DNA of 64,000 nt, taken from positions 1-64,000 of IMG/VR virus record IMGVR_UViG_3300045999_002371. One strand, written 5' to 3'. Below the pieces are notes generated by a model. The model did not search any database. It saw only the letters and a list, made by a program, of their open reading frames with translations, and was not told where the DNA came from. Positions 24,034 through 34,259 of this stretch are shown here, in pieces; within the stretch, counting starts at the first letter, position 1; each line of letters begins with the position of its first letter. This DNA is from a virus. The position numbers and the translations under genes were made by a program.

Positions 24034-24295
24034 CTATGACCATCTCAATGGTCCCAAGATAACCTGCCCCGTCCGTCAAGTTATCTCTCTTGTGCATGTA
24101 TGACTCTCGTGCAATCTTTACCCAAGCCATCGCTAGTCCCACTTGTTCTTCAGTAATGTCAATACCGAAAATAACTTCCCAACCCTTTTTAATTCGGTTG
24201 AAGTTATCAAGAGGATGATCGTAAGTGTAGTTACGATCCCCAGTGATTAAACTCTGCGCTTCTTCAAGCACAGTTGGCTTATGGGAGTCGGACAT
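23999..24295 (-). CDS. DUF6378-like phage protein (putative nucleotide pyrophosphohydrolase-related)
   Basis: LEEA..LI.GDR...YDHP.DNF.RI...W...M..VKIAR....KRDN..D.AGY. Confidence 0.75.
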   Translation of the reverse strand: MSDSHKPTVLEEAQSLITGDRNYTYDHPLDNFNRIKKGWEVIFGIDITEEQVGLAMAWVKIARESYMHKRDNLTDGAGYLGTIEMVIDERAVRANKTV

Positions 24296-25178
24296 ATTTT
24301 CCTGTCTGGAACTCGTTCTTAGTAGCAACAGCCGTTGCCGCCAATGCATTAAAAGTCTCGTCAAAGGTTGCTTTTCTGTTCAGTAACCACCAACCAGCCA
24401 TCGCTGCAGTTGCTCCTGATGTACCTGCAGTAAAACGCAAAGTTCCGTCTAATTGCCTTGCATTCCAGCGACCGTTTAAAAAGAAATCAGTCTGCCCTTG
24501 TGCGCCATTGCTGTAACGAGCAATGTATGGAGATGCGTTTGGGTCATACTCAAGAGGCTGTGAACCAGGCCATGGATTGTCTGTTGCTCCAACAGAGACT
24601 GTGTCTGTCAAACACGCAGGAGCGTGTGTTGCAGTGCGATTACCGTTGTTACCAACAGCAGCAACTACTGGAACATTTACTGCTTTAAGTGCCGCAATGT
24701 TTTCAGCCAATCCTGCTGGAACCTTACAGTTCGTAAAGATTGCACCTTGAGAGATGCTGACAACTGCAATGTTGTGTTTGACTCGGTTAGCAACAACCCA
24801 GTTAAGTGCGTTTTGCACGTCAGACAATGAATACAGACCTTGGTTACCACGAGAGGTCATACCTACAATACGAATAGGAATAACTTTTGCTGATGGGTTG
24901 AACCGAAGAACCAAAGAGATCATCTGTGTTCCATGACTAAAGTTTCTGTCTGTTGTTGCTGGAAGATTTGCAGCGCCTGGGCCTTCCATAATCTGTTGAC
25001 CATTTGGACACTTAAATGATGACAGTAAACATACCTCGTAAGAGATACTGTCTTTAAACAACGCTGTGTTTGTTCCGTTATCAATAACAACAACTGCTGG
25101 TGGTACCTCTGCGTGTACTGGTACCGCCGTGGTACCAAGTACCATAATTGATACAAGTAGTGTAAGTAGTTTTTTCAT
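24279..25178 (-). CDS. Secreted subtilisin-like (S8) serine protease
   Basis: Signal peptide ending VHA; catalytic triad VIDNG / HGTQM / GTSGA; oxyanion AAVGN. Confidence 0.9.
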   Translation of the reverse strand: MKKLLTLLVSIMVLGTTAVPVHAEVPPAVVVIDNGTNTALFKDSISYEVCLLSSFKCPNGQQIMEGPGAANLPATTDRNFSHGTQMISLVLRFNPSAKVIPIRIVGMTSRGNQGLYSLSDVQNALNWVVANRVKHNIAVVSISQGAIFTNCKVPAGLAENIAALKAVNVPVVAAVGNNGNRTATHAPACLTDTVSVGATDNPWPGSQPLEYDPNASPYIARYSNGAQGQTDFFLNGRWNARQLDGTLRFTAGTSGATAAMAGWWLLNRKATFDETFNALAATAVATKNEFQTGKYVRLP

Positions 25179-25663
25179 GTGTTGAACTTATCCTTTCGTC
25201 CCGTTCGTACGTCGTTAGTTCGACGAGTGATCTCTCTAGATACCAGCGCCACATCCCGTTCAAAGTTGTTGTACACAACCTCTAACATCTTGCGATACGC
25301 ATAAGCATTCATATAACGTTCCTCAACGTCTATGAAGTCTGGATCAGCCATCACCTGAGCCTTCATCATTGTCACTCGTTCACCCTTAACCTTACTGGTG
25401 TCTTTCATAATCAGCAACTTTGCCTCAAGCATGTCTCGGCGCTTTTCAAGCACCTTCTCGTCTACCTGTGATGCGGCTAACTGTCCCGCTACGAAATTAG
25501 ACCAGGCTGTCAGGCGTGTAAACAAGGCGCTGAGTTCATCGCTCTCCAAAAGGGAAATGTCCTTGGGCATAGGTGGCTGCTTGTCCTGCTCAGGCCACAG
25601 GTTGATGTTCTGCGCCTTCATCTTCTCAACAGCCTGCTTTGATCCATCACCTAGGTTTAACAT
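25175..25663 (-). CDS. Helical hypothetical protein (possibly UvsY-like recombination mediator)
   Basis: Coiled-coil; located in the recombination cluster. Function is inference. Confidence 0.55.
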   Translation of the reverse strand: MLNLGDGSKQAVEKMKAQNINLWPEQDKQPPMPKDISLLESDELSALFTRLTAWSNFVAGQLAASQVDEKVLEKRRDMLEAKLLIMKDTSKVKGERVTMMKAQVMADPDFIDVEERYMNAYAYRKMLEVVYNNFERDVALVSREITRRTNDVRTGRKDKFNT

Positions 25664-26508
25664 TATTCCTCAATCTGGTTGCACTGCTTGCAACCGTCTT
25701 CGCCTACATTGCAATCAGGCATAACTCCAGCCTCGACTGCCTTGATGATCTTCTCTGCTTTGAAGAAGATCCTATCCACAACTTCGTAGTCAGCCTTGAT
25801 CGTGAACTCTTTGTACGCTTGGTTTGACTTTAACTCGTACAAAAAAACAATCTCTTTAGGCGCTTCAGCACCAAACATACGCTTGGCTAACTCTAAATAC
25901 ATCTGTCCCTGCAACAAGTGACCTCTGAATGGGCGACGAATGTTCTTCCATGCCTTGTTCAAGTCACCATCTGCATCGTACAAAAGGTCAGGTGCTTCAA
26001 AGCGTAATGTTCCTTCACCAATAGATTTGATCTCAATAAGGAAATCATCACCTAGACCTTTGACCCAGCCATCAGTATGTCCTGCAATACGCAACTCTGG
26101 ATCAAGCATCTTGACCTCGTCATAACGCAGTGTGGTGCACTTGCAATGCTGACACTTTGCAGGTGATAGGCCAGAGGTAATTCCTTTGCAGTTCACACAC
26201 TTGAAGTCTCCCCAGAGATTGCCCATCTCATAGATGCGGTTCTGCCACTTCTCATGGATGAAGTGACCCTCATCAAAGATGTTCTGCAGTGTCAGTCCTG
26301 GGTTCTTCTCCATCTTCTTACCACCAGTAAGTAGGTAGTAAGAGTAACGATGACAGAAGTCAGCCTTGATCATTTCAGAAGGGTGAAGCACTGTGGTGCT
26401 TCGATCTCCTGGTGCCTTCTTCATAAGATGACGTTCAATGTGACCAGTAAGACGGGTATCTGTCTTCTTAGTATCTAAATACTTCTGGAAGTCTGTCTTG
26501 GAAGGCAT
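25663..26508 (-). CDS. Cas4-like PD-(D/E)xK exonuclease
   Basis: HPSE..C, G..IH, GHTDG...IEIKS, Q.Q.Y, C-terminal C...CKQC. Confidence 0.85.
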   Translation of the reverse strand: MPSKTDFQKYLDTKKTDTRLTGHIERHLMKKAPGDRSTTVLHPSEMIKADFCHRYSYYLLTGGKKMEKNPGLTLQNIFDEGHFIHEKWQNRIYEMGNLWGDFKCVNCKGITSGLSPAKCQHCKCTTLRYDEVKMLDPELRIAGHTDGWVKGLGDDFLIEIKSIGEGTLRFEAPDLLYDADGDLNKAWKNIRRPFRGHLLQGQMYLELAKRMFGAEAPKEIVFLYELKSNQAYKEFTIKADYEVVDRIFFKAEKIIKAVEAGVMPDCNVGEDGCKQCNQIEE

Positions 26509-26849
26509 TAGTAATCCTTATCTATACTGAAAATAAACTCTTCTAGGGTCTGTGTGGTCTTCTTAGTCTTCTTTAGTTTTTGCCACTTTCGCATTAGGGC
26601 GTTTCGTTCTCGGTGGCTGAGTCCTCCCCAAATTCCATGAGGCTCGTCTCGTCGGACTGCATCCCATAAACACTCTGCTCGTACTGGACAAGGGTTCTTT
26701 CCTGTTTCACCAAAACAAAATGATTTGGCTTTGTTAGCGATCTCTTTGTACTGCTCCTTGTCACGAGGAGGGTAGAAGATATCTGTGTCTTGGCCTGAGC
26801 ATCGTGCTTTGTATCTCCATGCGTACTCTGGTTCATCAAAGTCTTCCAT
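26508..26849 (-). CDS. whiB: WhiB-family transcription factor
   Basis: W...ARC...D..IFYP...AKSFC...CPVRAECL..A....E.HGIWGG....ER. Confidence 0.93.
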   Translation of the reverse strand: MEDFDEPEYAWRYKARCSGQDTDIFYPPRDKEQYKEIANKAKSFCFGETGKNPCPVRAECLWDAVRRDEPHGIWGGLSHRERNALMRKWQKLKKTKKTTQTLEEFIFSIDKDY

Positions 26850-27162
26850 GGTTGTCTAGGTTCTCTCTCATCTCTAGGAAGTCGTCTTCAAGAAGGATTA
26901 CATAGTTCACCCCATCAAGGTGGAGGCCAAACACTGGCATTCTTCCATCAAGGATTGCTTCGGTAGTTATCTTCTTTAATTCGTCTGATTTAATAGTTTT
27001 GGTTTTCTTGCCTGTCCACTTATGTTCAATCAGTAAATCTGATGATCGTACATCACCCTTACGAGACCAGAAGGCTCCAGAGGCAGCGTTAGTAGACCCA
27101 CCAACTTTCTTAGCAAGTCTCTTCTCGTGCTTCTGGGACTGCTTCTGACCTTCAGTCTTCAA
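26836..27162 (-). CDS. PD-(D/E)xK nuclease (Hjc-like resolvase)
   Basis: E..LA...SGA....KGDV...LLIEHK.T. Confidence 0.75.
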   Translation of the reverse strand: MKTEGQKQSQKHEKRLAKKVGGSTNAASGAFWSRKGDVRSSDLLIEHKWTGKKTKTIKSDELKKITTEAILDGRMPVFGLHLDGVNYVILLEDDFLEMRENLDNHGRL

Positions 27163-27394
27163 GTTCTATTTTGCCTTCCTCATAACCTTCGATTAATCTT
27201 GGTACAAGAAAGAACAATGCTTCTCTCCAAAAACAGGTACCGCAACCACAGAACGGTTCTCCTGACAAGGTCTCAGGAATTACATCCTCAGTACCATCCC
27301 AGACCGCTTCAAAGAGCATATCGGTGTAATCCTCTACGCCCTTCTCCAGTACCTGCGCCCACTCTTCGTCATTAACTACAAACTTCTTAGTCAT
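27152..27394 (-). CDS. Hypothetical protein (FCGCGTC)
   Basis: GGAGG RBS before MTKK. Confidence 0.7.
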   Translation of the reverse strand: MTKKFVVNDEEWAQVLEKGVEDYTDMLFEAVWDGTEDVIPETLSGEPFCGCGTCFWREALFFLVPRLIEGYEEGKIELED

Positions 27395-28433
27395 CGCTGT
27401 CCTCCGCCATTGGTAGATCTGATGTTTCAAAGACTAACTTCTGAATCTGTTCTTTCAGATCCACTTCTTCACGAATGCTTGAAATTACTGGGTCAATACC
27501 TTGCCACTTTCGCTCACCAAAGTAGTACCAGCCACCCTTACGTTGAATAATCTCCTTAACTACCGCTAGTGATGCAACCTCTTTTGCAAAGTCGTACTCA
27601 CCTGCTGGACAATCTCCACCATCGGCAAAGTAGAAATCAAAGTATGCAACACGCTGTGGTGGTGCAGTCTTGTTCTTTAATGTTCGAACCTTGATGCGTT
27701 GACCTACACGATTTTTATTGCCGCTAGGTCCAACCTCAATCCACTCGTCTCTGCGGATCTCGCAACGAGTAAAGAATGCATAGTTCTTTCCTTCACCACC
27801 AGGAGTGGTACGAGGATCACCGTGCATCACACCAATCTTCATGCGGTACTGGTTGATTATGAGACCGAGCACTGGACGTTCATCCTCAACCAGACTGCGC
27901 TTGATTGCAGAACCAACTACACGAAAGAATTTGTTAGTTAAGAGTGCTCCTCTTCCAACAGTCATTTCATTCATGTCCTTCTCCATTTCGGGGGCTGGTG
28001 AAAGGGCAGGAAGGGAGTCAATAACAATGGCATCTACTGACTTTGATTCTGCGAACTCTATGACGGCTTGATAAGCCTCTTCCATAATGTTTGTTTCAAT
28101 AACAATTACTCTGCTGGTATCAACTCCGCACATCTCTGCGTACTCTGGTACCCACTGCTCAGCAGCAACCCAGACAGTCGTGTGGTCTTCTTTTAATGCT
28201 TGGTTTGCTGCGATCGTTTTAAGCGCGACCGCTGTCTTTCCATGCGATGGCTCGCCAATGAGTTCGTTCCATTGATTACCAGGGAAACCACCACCAAGAA
28301 CATAATCAAGAGTGGTAGAGCCACTAGTAATGCGAGGGATAAGATCAGACCGAATGTCAGACGCAATAACCACCACATTATTACCAAACTTTTTGTTAAG
28401 GGTTGCAACAATTTTTCGTGCTTCATCATTCAT
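27387..28433 (-). CDS. recA: RecA recombinase
   Basis: SGSTTLD..LGGG.P, GEPSHGKT, IVIDS, INQ.RMKIGVMHGDPRTTPGG, KNKTAPP. Confidence 0.95.
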   Translation of the reverse strand: MNDEARKIVATLNKKFGNNVVVIASDIRSDLIPRITSGSTTLDYVLGGGFPGNQWNELIGEPSHGKTAVALKTIAANQALKEDHTTVWVAAEQWVPEYAEMCGVDTSRVIVIETNIMEEAYQAVIEFAESKSVDAIVIDSLPALSPAPEMEKDMNEMTVGRGALLTNKFFRVVGSAIKRSLVEDERPVLGLIINQYRMKIGVMHGDPRTTPGGEGKNYAFFTRCEIRRDEWIEVGPSGNKNRVGQRIKVRTLKNKTAPPQRVAYFDFYFADGGDCPAGEYDFAKEVASLAVVKEIIQRKGGWYYFGERKWQGIDPVISSIREEVDLKEQIQKLVFETSDLPMAEDSDD

Positions 28434-28828
28434 CCGTCAATTCTCCCAATAATCCCTTGCGGGTTCCAGTTGCTTTGCACATCATTACCGATAGCAGTCT
28501 TAGCACTGCCCTCAACTTTTGCTCCAGTCAGTGCTCCATAACGACTTCCTGATTGACTAATTGGATAGCCACAGTCATAACAGCGTGGTGCAGCATTCTG
28601 AACAGACATGTAATTAGTTCCACCACACTCTGGGCATGATGCTGTCTGTGATGCACTCTGTGCTCGTGATGCAGGTTGCTGTGGTTGCACAGGTTGAAAC
28701 TGAGTCATCGGTTGTTGCGAGGGTGGCATAGGGTTATTTACAGGACGAGGTGCTGCAACAGGAACCTGTTGTTGCGGTGCCTGTGGCTGTGCACCTAGTT
28801 GCTTTGCCCACCAGTCTGCATTACTCAC
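28430..28828 (-). CDS. Pro/Gln-rich zinc-ribbon protein
   Basis: CPECG...RCYDCGYP; probable GTG start. Confidence 0.7.
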   Translation of the reverse strand: MSNADWWAKQLGAQPQAPQQQVPVAAPRPVNNPMPPSQQPMTQFQPVQPQQPASRAQSASQTASCPECGGTNYMSVQNAAPRCYDCGYPISQSGSRYGALTGAKVEGSAKTAIGNDVQSNWNPQGIIGRIDG

Positions 28829-30828
28829 TTTGCTTCTCCCCACTTGTTTACTATCTTTACATCTGCAATAAGAGGAACTGTAATCTCTGGTAGGTGGATA
28901 CCTTCCATCGACACACGGATTGCTTCGGCTGTCTCTTCTGCTAGATCTTCACGAGCAACGGTAACCAATTCATCGTGGATAGTCAAAACGACATTCACAT
29001 CTGGTTCATCAGTAAAACAAGAATGTGCTCTAACAATCGCTAATTTCATTAAATCTGCAGCAGATCCTTGAATTACTGTATTAAATGCCTGACGATCTGC
29101 TCGTGACTTTAGTCCTCTGTCTTGGCTCTTTAACTCTGGGATGTAACGACGACGGCCAAAGATAGTTTCGACGTATGGTATAGGAGACTTTCCAGTTGCC
29201 TGTCGAATTACTTTTGCTTTGTACTTAGAGATGTCATGGAACTGTGCCTCAAATCTAGTCAATAAATCCTTAGCATCTGTAACAGAACAACCAATGCTCT
29301 GTGCAATCTTCTCTGGTCCAACACCGTAAGCAATCGATAGAACCAATACCTTTCCAGCCTTACGATCTACACCCATAGTGTCACCAATAGTTGTGTAGAT
29401 GTCTCCACCAGACCTGTAGTTCTCTACCATAATTGGATCACCTGAGAAGGCTGCAATAATGCGTGGCTCAATCTGTGAGTAGTCAGCAACAATTAGTTTG
29501 TGTCCAGGTGGTGCGATAAACAGATTGCGAATTAGTTTTCCGTACTCTCCGCTACTAGGGATGTTCTGTAGGTTAGGGTCACTACTGGAGAAACGCCCTG
29601 TCTCTGCTCCATGCGCTTTAAAGTTTGTGTGTACCTTGCCATTAATCATGAGGCTCTTCTTGTCCACAATCTTCTCTTTACCCATAGTGGTGCGAGTAAT
29701 TTCTCCACCTAGGTACGGCATAACATAAGTTGTCATCAACTTGTTAAGATCTTGATACTCAAGGATTGCATCTACGAGTTCATCCTTCTTGCGGTAGAAC
29801 TCCAGTGCATCAGAAGACACTGAGTAGTGACGGATGTTTAATGCTTCTGGGTTACTTGCAGCAACCTCTTGACCCTTTGTAGTGAGTGCAATACGGATAC
29901 GCAGGTTAGGACGAATACCTCTACCACCTTCTTCTTTAGGTGAGAACAGTAACTCTTGCTTTTCTTTTACTGAGTTCATGGAGAAAGGTTTTCCTGTTAA
30001 CTTCCACGCCTTTGCTCGTGCAAGATCGATGTCTTTCTCAAGACGTGCCTTCAGCAAAGTAAGTTCTTTAACATCGATGTTGGCCCCTGATAGTTCCATA
30101 TCGCATAGGGCTGCAACTACATCCATCTCTAATGCCCATACACGCTTAAGACTTCCTTCTAACTTAGGCTCTAGCGCCTTGTACAACTTCCACGTTACCT
30201 CTGAATCAAACCCTGAGTAGTAAGCAACATCGCTGAAGGAGTGAACCTCAACCATTGCTCCAATACCTTTTTCAACTTTGATCTTGAGTGTTCGCTCTGC
30301 ACAAGCAGCAAGTCCTAGCATGTTCTTGTTTCGATTATCAATAATGAATGAAGCCATCATCGTGTCAAAGAATGGTTTCTTAGGAACTTCTCCACGGAAA
30401 TACTTTGCGATTGATTTTAAATCAAACTTAACATTGTGACCGATCTTTAACTTATCGCTAAAGAACAGTGGCTTCAAGGCTTTGAATACATCTCCTGGAA
30501 GAAGTTGTGCTGGTGGTGCATCAAATACTGGAGTCCACTTGGCTTCGTTCTTTGAGTAGTCTGCATCCTTCAACTCTTTACCTGCAGCAAGTTTGCGTTG
30601 ACCACTAAGCAGTAACTCTTTATCCCATCGAAGGAACTCACCGTTAGGGTGACCCATCGGTATAACATCAGTGCGACCTTCTGTCGCTAAGGAAAGCCAC
30701 ATAACATCGTTGACTACAGGCTGGATTCTATTCTCGCCAACTGTTTCAACGTCGAATGCAAAGGCATCTACCTTGGAGTAAAACTCAACAAGATCTTTTA
30801 GTTGTTCTTTTGTTGTAATGATATTCAT
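28825..30828 (-). CDS. polA: Family A DNA polymerase (3'-5' exonuclease + polymerase)
   Basis: FDVET, HN.KFD, TGRFSSSDPNLQNIP, ADYSQIEPR, R..GK...L.IAYG, QGSAAD, HDE. Confidence 0.96.
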   Translation of the reverse strand: MNIITTKEQLKDLVEFYSKVDAFAFDVETVGENRIQPVVNDVMWLSLATEGRTDVIPMGHPNGEFLRWDKELLLSGQRKLAAGKELKDADYSKNEAKWTPVFDAPPAQLLPGDVFKALKPLFFSDKLKIGHNVKFDLKSIAKYFRGEVPKKPFFDTMMASFIIDNRNKNMLGLAACAERTLKIKVEKGIGAMVEVHSFSDVAYYSGFDSEVTWKLYKALEPKLEGSLKRVWALEMDVVAALCDMELSGANIDVKELTLLKARLEKDIDLARAKAWKLTGKPFSMNSVKEKQELLFSPKEEGGRGIRPNLRIRIALTTKGQEVAASNPEALNIRHYSVSSDALEFYRKKDELVDAILEYQDLNKLMTTYVMPYLGGEITRTTMGKEKIVDKKSLMINGKVHTNFKAHGAETGRFSSSDPNLQNIPSSGEYGKLIRNLFIAPPGHKLIVADYSQIEPRIIAAFSGDPIMVENYRSGGDIYTTIGDTMGVDRKAGKVLVLSIAYGVGPEKIAQSIGCSVTDAKDLLTRFEAQFHDISKYKAKVIRQATGKSPIPYVETIFGRRRYIPELKSQDRGLKSRADRQAFNTVIQGSAADLMKLAIVRAHSCFTDEPDVNVVLTIHDELVTVAREDLAEETAEAIRVSMEGIHLPEITVPLIADVKIVNKWGEAK

Positions 30829-30900
30829 GATCCCTCAATCTTTATAGTGAGAAGGGGCCTGGAAACGGAAGTAAACAGACCCCTTCTCTTGGAAGTACAG

Positions 30901-31548
30901 TTACGCTACAGAGCGAGCAACCTCAAGCATTTCGGAGCGAGGGGTCTCCCTAATTACTTCTGCTGTGAACGGAACAGCGGCTGCTACAAGTTCATTGACA
31001 GCGTCACTGCTTAACTTCCATTCCTCTGCTAGATCTCGGCCACGAACGAAGTTGAGGGTGTACTGCGTAGTTGGGCCCATACCTAGTCGAGAAATTTCCC
31101 AGAACTCTTTGTCAAGAGGTCCCTTACGTTCATCATCATGCGCCTTCTTAATCTGGCGAGCAAGTGATGGTGGTGCTGTAAGAATTTGAACGCCCTGTGT
31201 CTCACCACTGAGAACAAGGACATTGAATGCGAACTTTCCACGAGGCTTATCGCCTAGTACATCGCATAGTGGGCAGTTGTCGCCCAAGCAAACAAAGGAC
31301 TTCTTACCCTTAGGGCGTTCAATCCAGTGTTGTTCGTATGAAGCAAATGGGCGATCTTCGAGGAACTTTACAAGTTGTGGTTCTTCGGAGAAACGGAAGT
31401 CAGTTGGAAAATCTCCATCTGTCTTTGTGACGAGAGCATCGATTGCATCCCATCCCTGTTGTACGGTTGTTCCTACTTTAGGAACTGCAGTTTCGCTATC
31501 CTCGTCGAGGTATGCGTCTGCGTCTACCTGTGGCTTTGTAATTGGCAT
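30901..31548 (-). CDS. Single-stranded DNA-binding protein (gp32-like, Zn-binding)
   Basis: H....C...CPLC, RLG.G..T.Y; adjacent to the polymerase. Confidence 0.7.
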   Translation of the reverse strand: MPITKPQVDADAYLDEDSETAVPKVGTTVQQGWDAIDALVTKTDGDFPTDFRFSEEPQLVKFLEDRPFASYEQHWIERPKGKKSFVCLGDNCPLCDVLGDKPRGKFAFNVLVLSGETQGVQILTAPPSLARQIKKAHDDERKGPLDKEFWEISRLGMGPTTQYTLNFVRGRDLAEEWKLSSDAVNELVAAAVPFTAEVIRETPRSEMLEVARSVA

Positions 31549-31606
31549 GTGTTTCTTTCTGGTAATGAGGCACTAGCGACGTCTGTGTTATTGCACAGAT
31601 TCTCAA

Positions 31607-32086
31607 TCACTTTTGGCTCTCGGTGGATGTGATGTCCTTCCAGCGCTTTACTAAAGCCTCTGTCAGGTCTTCGTGTTGGCTCCACTCTACACGAGCAGAA
31701 CCTAGTAACCCTCTACGATTGAACTCATCAATCGAAGATTCTATTAGTGCACGAGTATAAACTCGGTTGCCTCCAGTCTTCTCACCTTTGAGTGTCTTAG
31801 ACCGAAGACGGTATGGAGCACGAGGAATGTATCCCTTGCGTTCCCATAAGCGGATAGTGACAATAGTCTTTTCCAATGCAAGTGCTAACGCACCGATTGT
31901 AAACACCTCTGTCTCTACTCCACCTAACGTTTTAATGACTGGGTTTGCATCCCAACCATTACTCTCACCGCTTTTACGACGAGAAACTTTTGGATCTAGA
32001 TCACGGCGTTTCTTCTTTGAGCCAGGGACGTATTCAAGGTCAGCAAATGCTGCCTCGATCTCATCTTGTCCTCGTAGTCCTGCCAT
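31607..32086 (-). CDS. MerR-like HTH DNA-binding protein
   Basis: FTIGALA..L.K...TIRLWERKG.IP...R.YT. Confidence 0.8.
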   Translation of the reverse strand: MAGLRGQDEIEAAFADLEYVPGSKKKRRDLDPKVSRRKSGESNGWDANPVIKTLGGVETEVFTIGALALALEKTIVTIRLWERKGYIPRAPYRLRSKTLKGEKTGGNRVYTRALIESSIDEFNRRGLLGSARVEWSQHEDLTEALVKRWKDITSTESQK

Positions 32087-32089
32087 GTC

Positions 32090-32524
32090 TTATCGCTTAT
32101 TCATCACTAACGCCCACACAATCTTCTGTGGATACATTAGATCAATCTCTGCTTCTGTAAGTTCGTCATTGTAAAGAGCAGCCATTAGCGCATCTTCATC
32201 TACAACACGGATGGTCTTGTACAGTTGTTCTTCCATTCCTTTTTCAATAATGATTTCATCTGCCACAAGTTCATCGATCTTACGTGATACACGACGCTGT
32301 TTTACAACAGCGCCAAATCCATTAACCTCTTCAGGTAATTCAATGATGACGTTTCCCTTGTCGTCTACTTCACCCAGTTCATCTAACTGAGTAAACAAAC
32401 GCTCACGGACTTCCTTCTGTTGTTTCTCAAGGAATTCAATTTGTTGTTTTAAGAAGGAGTATTCTCTCGCATCTTTAATAAGCGGATCTTCTTCTCTTGC
32501 TTCTGTTGCTTTTACTCTTGCCAT
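32090..32524 (-). CDS. Hypothetical protein with N-terminal coiled coil
   Basis: ORF track. Confidence 0.7.
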   Translation of the reverse strand: MARVKATEAREEDPLIKDAREYSFLKQQIEFLEKQQKEVRERLFTQLDELGEVDDKGNVIIELPEEVNGFGAVVKQRRVSRKIDELVADEIIIEKGMEEQLYKTIRVVDEDALMAALYNDELTEAEIDLMYPQKIVWALVMNKR

Positions 32525-32532
32525 GTTTCCCC

Positions 32533-34089
32533 CTATGGTCTTGCTTTCTGTAAGAACCCTATCAAACTTCCAACGGTAAGGTCGACGCCACCTTTTGCGT
32601 TAATGCCCTGACCATCGATAACCGCATCGGCTACTGCGTTCTTCTGCTGGAGCATATCATGTTGTCGCTCTTCTATCGAATCGGCGATCAGCATGTCTTG
32701 AATAGTGATACTAGGCCAACGGCTAGAGGCTCTCTTGATTCGACCATTGCGTTGGACGGCAAGTCCTGCACTCCATGGTAGATCGTAGTTGACCAGTAGG
32801 TTAGCGATGGGCAAATCTACACCATACCCACCAGCATCTGAGGATATAAACACACGACACTCTGGGTCTGTCAGGAACTTGGTCTTGCTTGCTTCTTTCT
32901 CTTTGGCATTCATGTAGCCCGTGTACAGAGTTCCACCAACTGCCTCTTGAATACTCTCTAGCATTCCTACCCACGAAGTGAAGATAACTACCTTTGCCTC
33001 TGGGTCAGTATCTAGGTGATCGTTTACATAAGTCTTTAGCGCATCTAACTTAGGGGTCTTTGTTACTCCTTCTAACAAACCTCTAGTCTTGAGACTGTTG
33101 ACGTATGCACTGCCTTCTCCAAGATGCTCATCAAATTTATCTGCGCTCTTGTGTAAGAGGTTTGGATCATCACACAGCATACGAAGAGCAGTTATCTTAG
33201 ACATAATTGATCCACGCAACTGATCTACAGGACTGCCAGGTTTGCTGTCATGTCCGTAGTGAGCAAGCAGTGAGAAGTTAGCACCAAGTAACTGCTGTGC
33301 TTCAAATAGTTCGTTACTTAGTTCATCCGCGATGAAGTTATAGAGCGAAGAAGTCTTCTTATCAAGGGAGATAAACATAGGGTCACGATGAATAGTGTCT
33401 GGAAGATATGGAGCAACGTCTGCATCTGTCTGAACCTTTCGAACGGAGGAACTCTTCATCTTTTCATGGAACAATGGAAGGTTGCGATAGCGTTGCACTC
33501 CACCAAAGTGATTGCGAACAATAAATGTCTGATCAAACAAATCAAATCTACCTAGAAGAGTTGAGTCTACAAACTGCATGATGCTGTAGACCTCTTCGGG
33601 TCTGCCATTCTCAATAGGTGTTCCCGTTAATGCAAACCTGATCGGTACACTGGCAGATAGTTTCTTGACAGCCTTTGACCTCTTTGACTTAAAGCCTTTG
33701 ATTGCTGTGGCTTCATCACAGACGATGGCTCCCCACTCCTGATCCTTGATCAGATCCCAATCTCCTACGACAGTCTCGTAGTTGCAGATGACATAATCTG
33801 TACGCTCTTCCCATCGCTTTGCACGGACTGGCTTAGAGCCATCGATCACGGTGGTGGTGGAGTCAGAGAACTTCTGTATCTCTTTCTGCCACTGATACTT
33901 CAGACTTGATAGGGCTATGACTAATACTGGCTTTGTAATTACACCGTTGTCTTTTAACTCCTCAACCGATGCGATAGTCATGCAGGTCTTACCTAGACCC
34001 ATCTCATAGGCAACAAGCATCTTCTTGCGCTCTACCATACGAGTTACAGCCTCTACCTGGTAGGGCTTGAGTGTGCCTGTAAACGTCAT
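32533..34089 (-). CDS. SNF2-family helicase/ATPase
   Basis: LKPYQ, MGLGKT, DEA, ALTGTP.EN, G.G.DL, QR.GRI.R. Confidence 0.92.
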   Translation of the reverse strand: MTFTGTLKPYQVEAVTRMVERKKMLVAYEMGLGKTCMTIASVEELKDNGVITKPVLVIALSSLKYQWQKEIQKFSDSTTTVIDGSKPVRAKRWEERTDYVICNYETVVGDWDLIKDQEWGAIVCDEATAIKGFKSKRSKAVKKLSASVPIRFALTGTPIENGRPEEVYSIMQFVDSTLLGRFDLFDQTFIVRNHFGGVQRYRNLPLFHEKMKSSSVRKVQTDADVAPYLPDTIHRDPMFISLDKKTSSLYNFIADELSNELFEAQQLLGANFSLLAHYGHDSKPGSPVDQLRGSIMSKITALRMLCDDPNLLHKSADKFDEHLGEGSAYVNSLKTRGLLEGVTKTPKLDALKTYVNDHLDTDPEAKVVIFTSWVGMLESIQEAVGGTLYTGYMNAKEKEASKTKFLTDPECRVFISSDAGGYGVDLPIANLLVNYDLPWSAGLAVQRNGRIKRASSRWPSITIQDMLIADSIEERQHDMLQQKNAVADAVIDGQGINAKGGVDLTVGSLIGFLQKARP

Positions 34090-34259
34090 TGGTTATCTAT
34101 GGGGGTAGGTGCGGTTGCTAGAGTTCCGCATAGGGCGCATTCCATATCTAGCATGTACAGAGAAATTTCTCCGTCCTCAAACATCGCTTGTACATTCCAT
34201 AGCATTGATCCGCATACGCAAATATGTAAGGGGCGGTCTTTATCTCGCAAGTCCATCAT
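34086..34259 (-). CDS. Small zinc-finger protein, 57 aa (HICVCGS...ECALCG...APTP), not in ORF track
   Basis: Manual translation; overlaps both neighbours by ATGA. Confidence 0.7.
   Translation of the reverse strand: MMDLRDKDRPLHICVCGSMLWNVQAMFEDGEISLYMLDMECALCGTLATAPTPIDNQ

Noticed and set aside
25663-26508. Cas4-like gene as evidence of a CRISPR-Cas system
   Set aside because: Solo Cas4-like exonucleases are common in phage recombination modules; no other cas genes or array are present.
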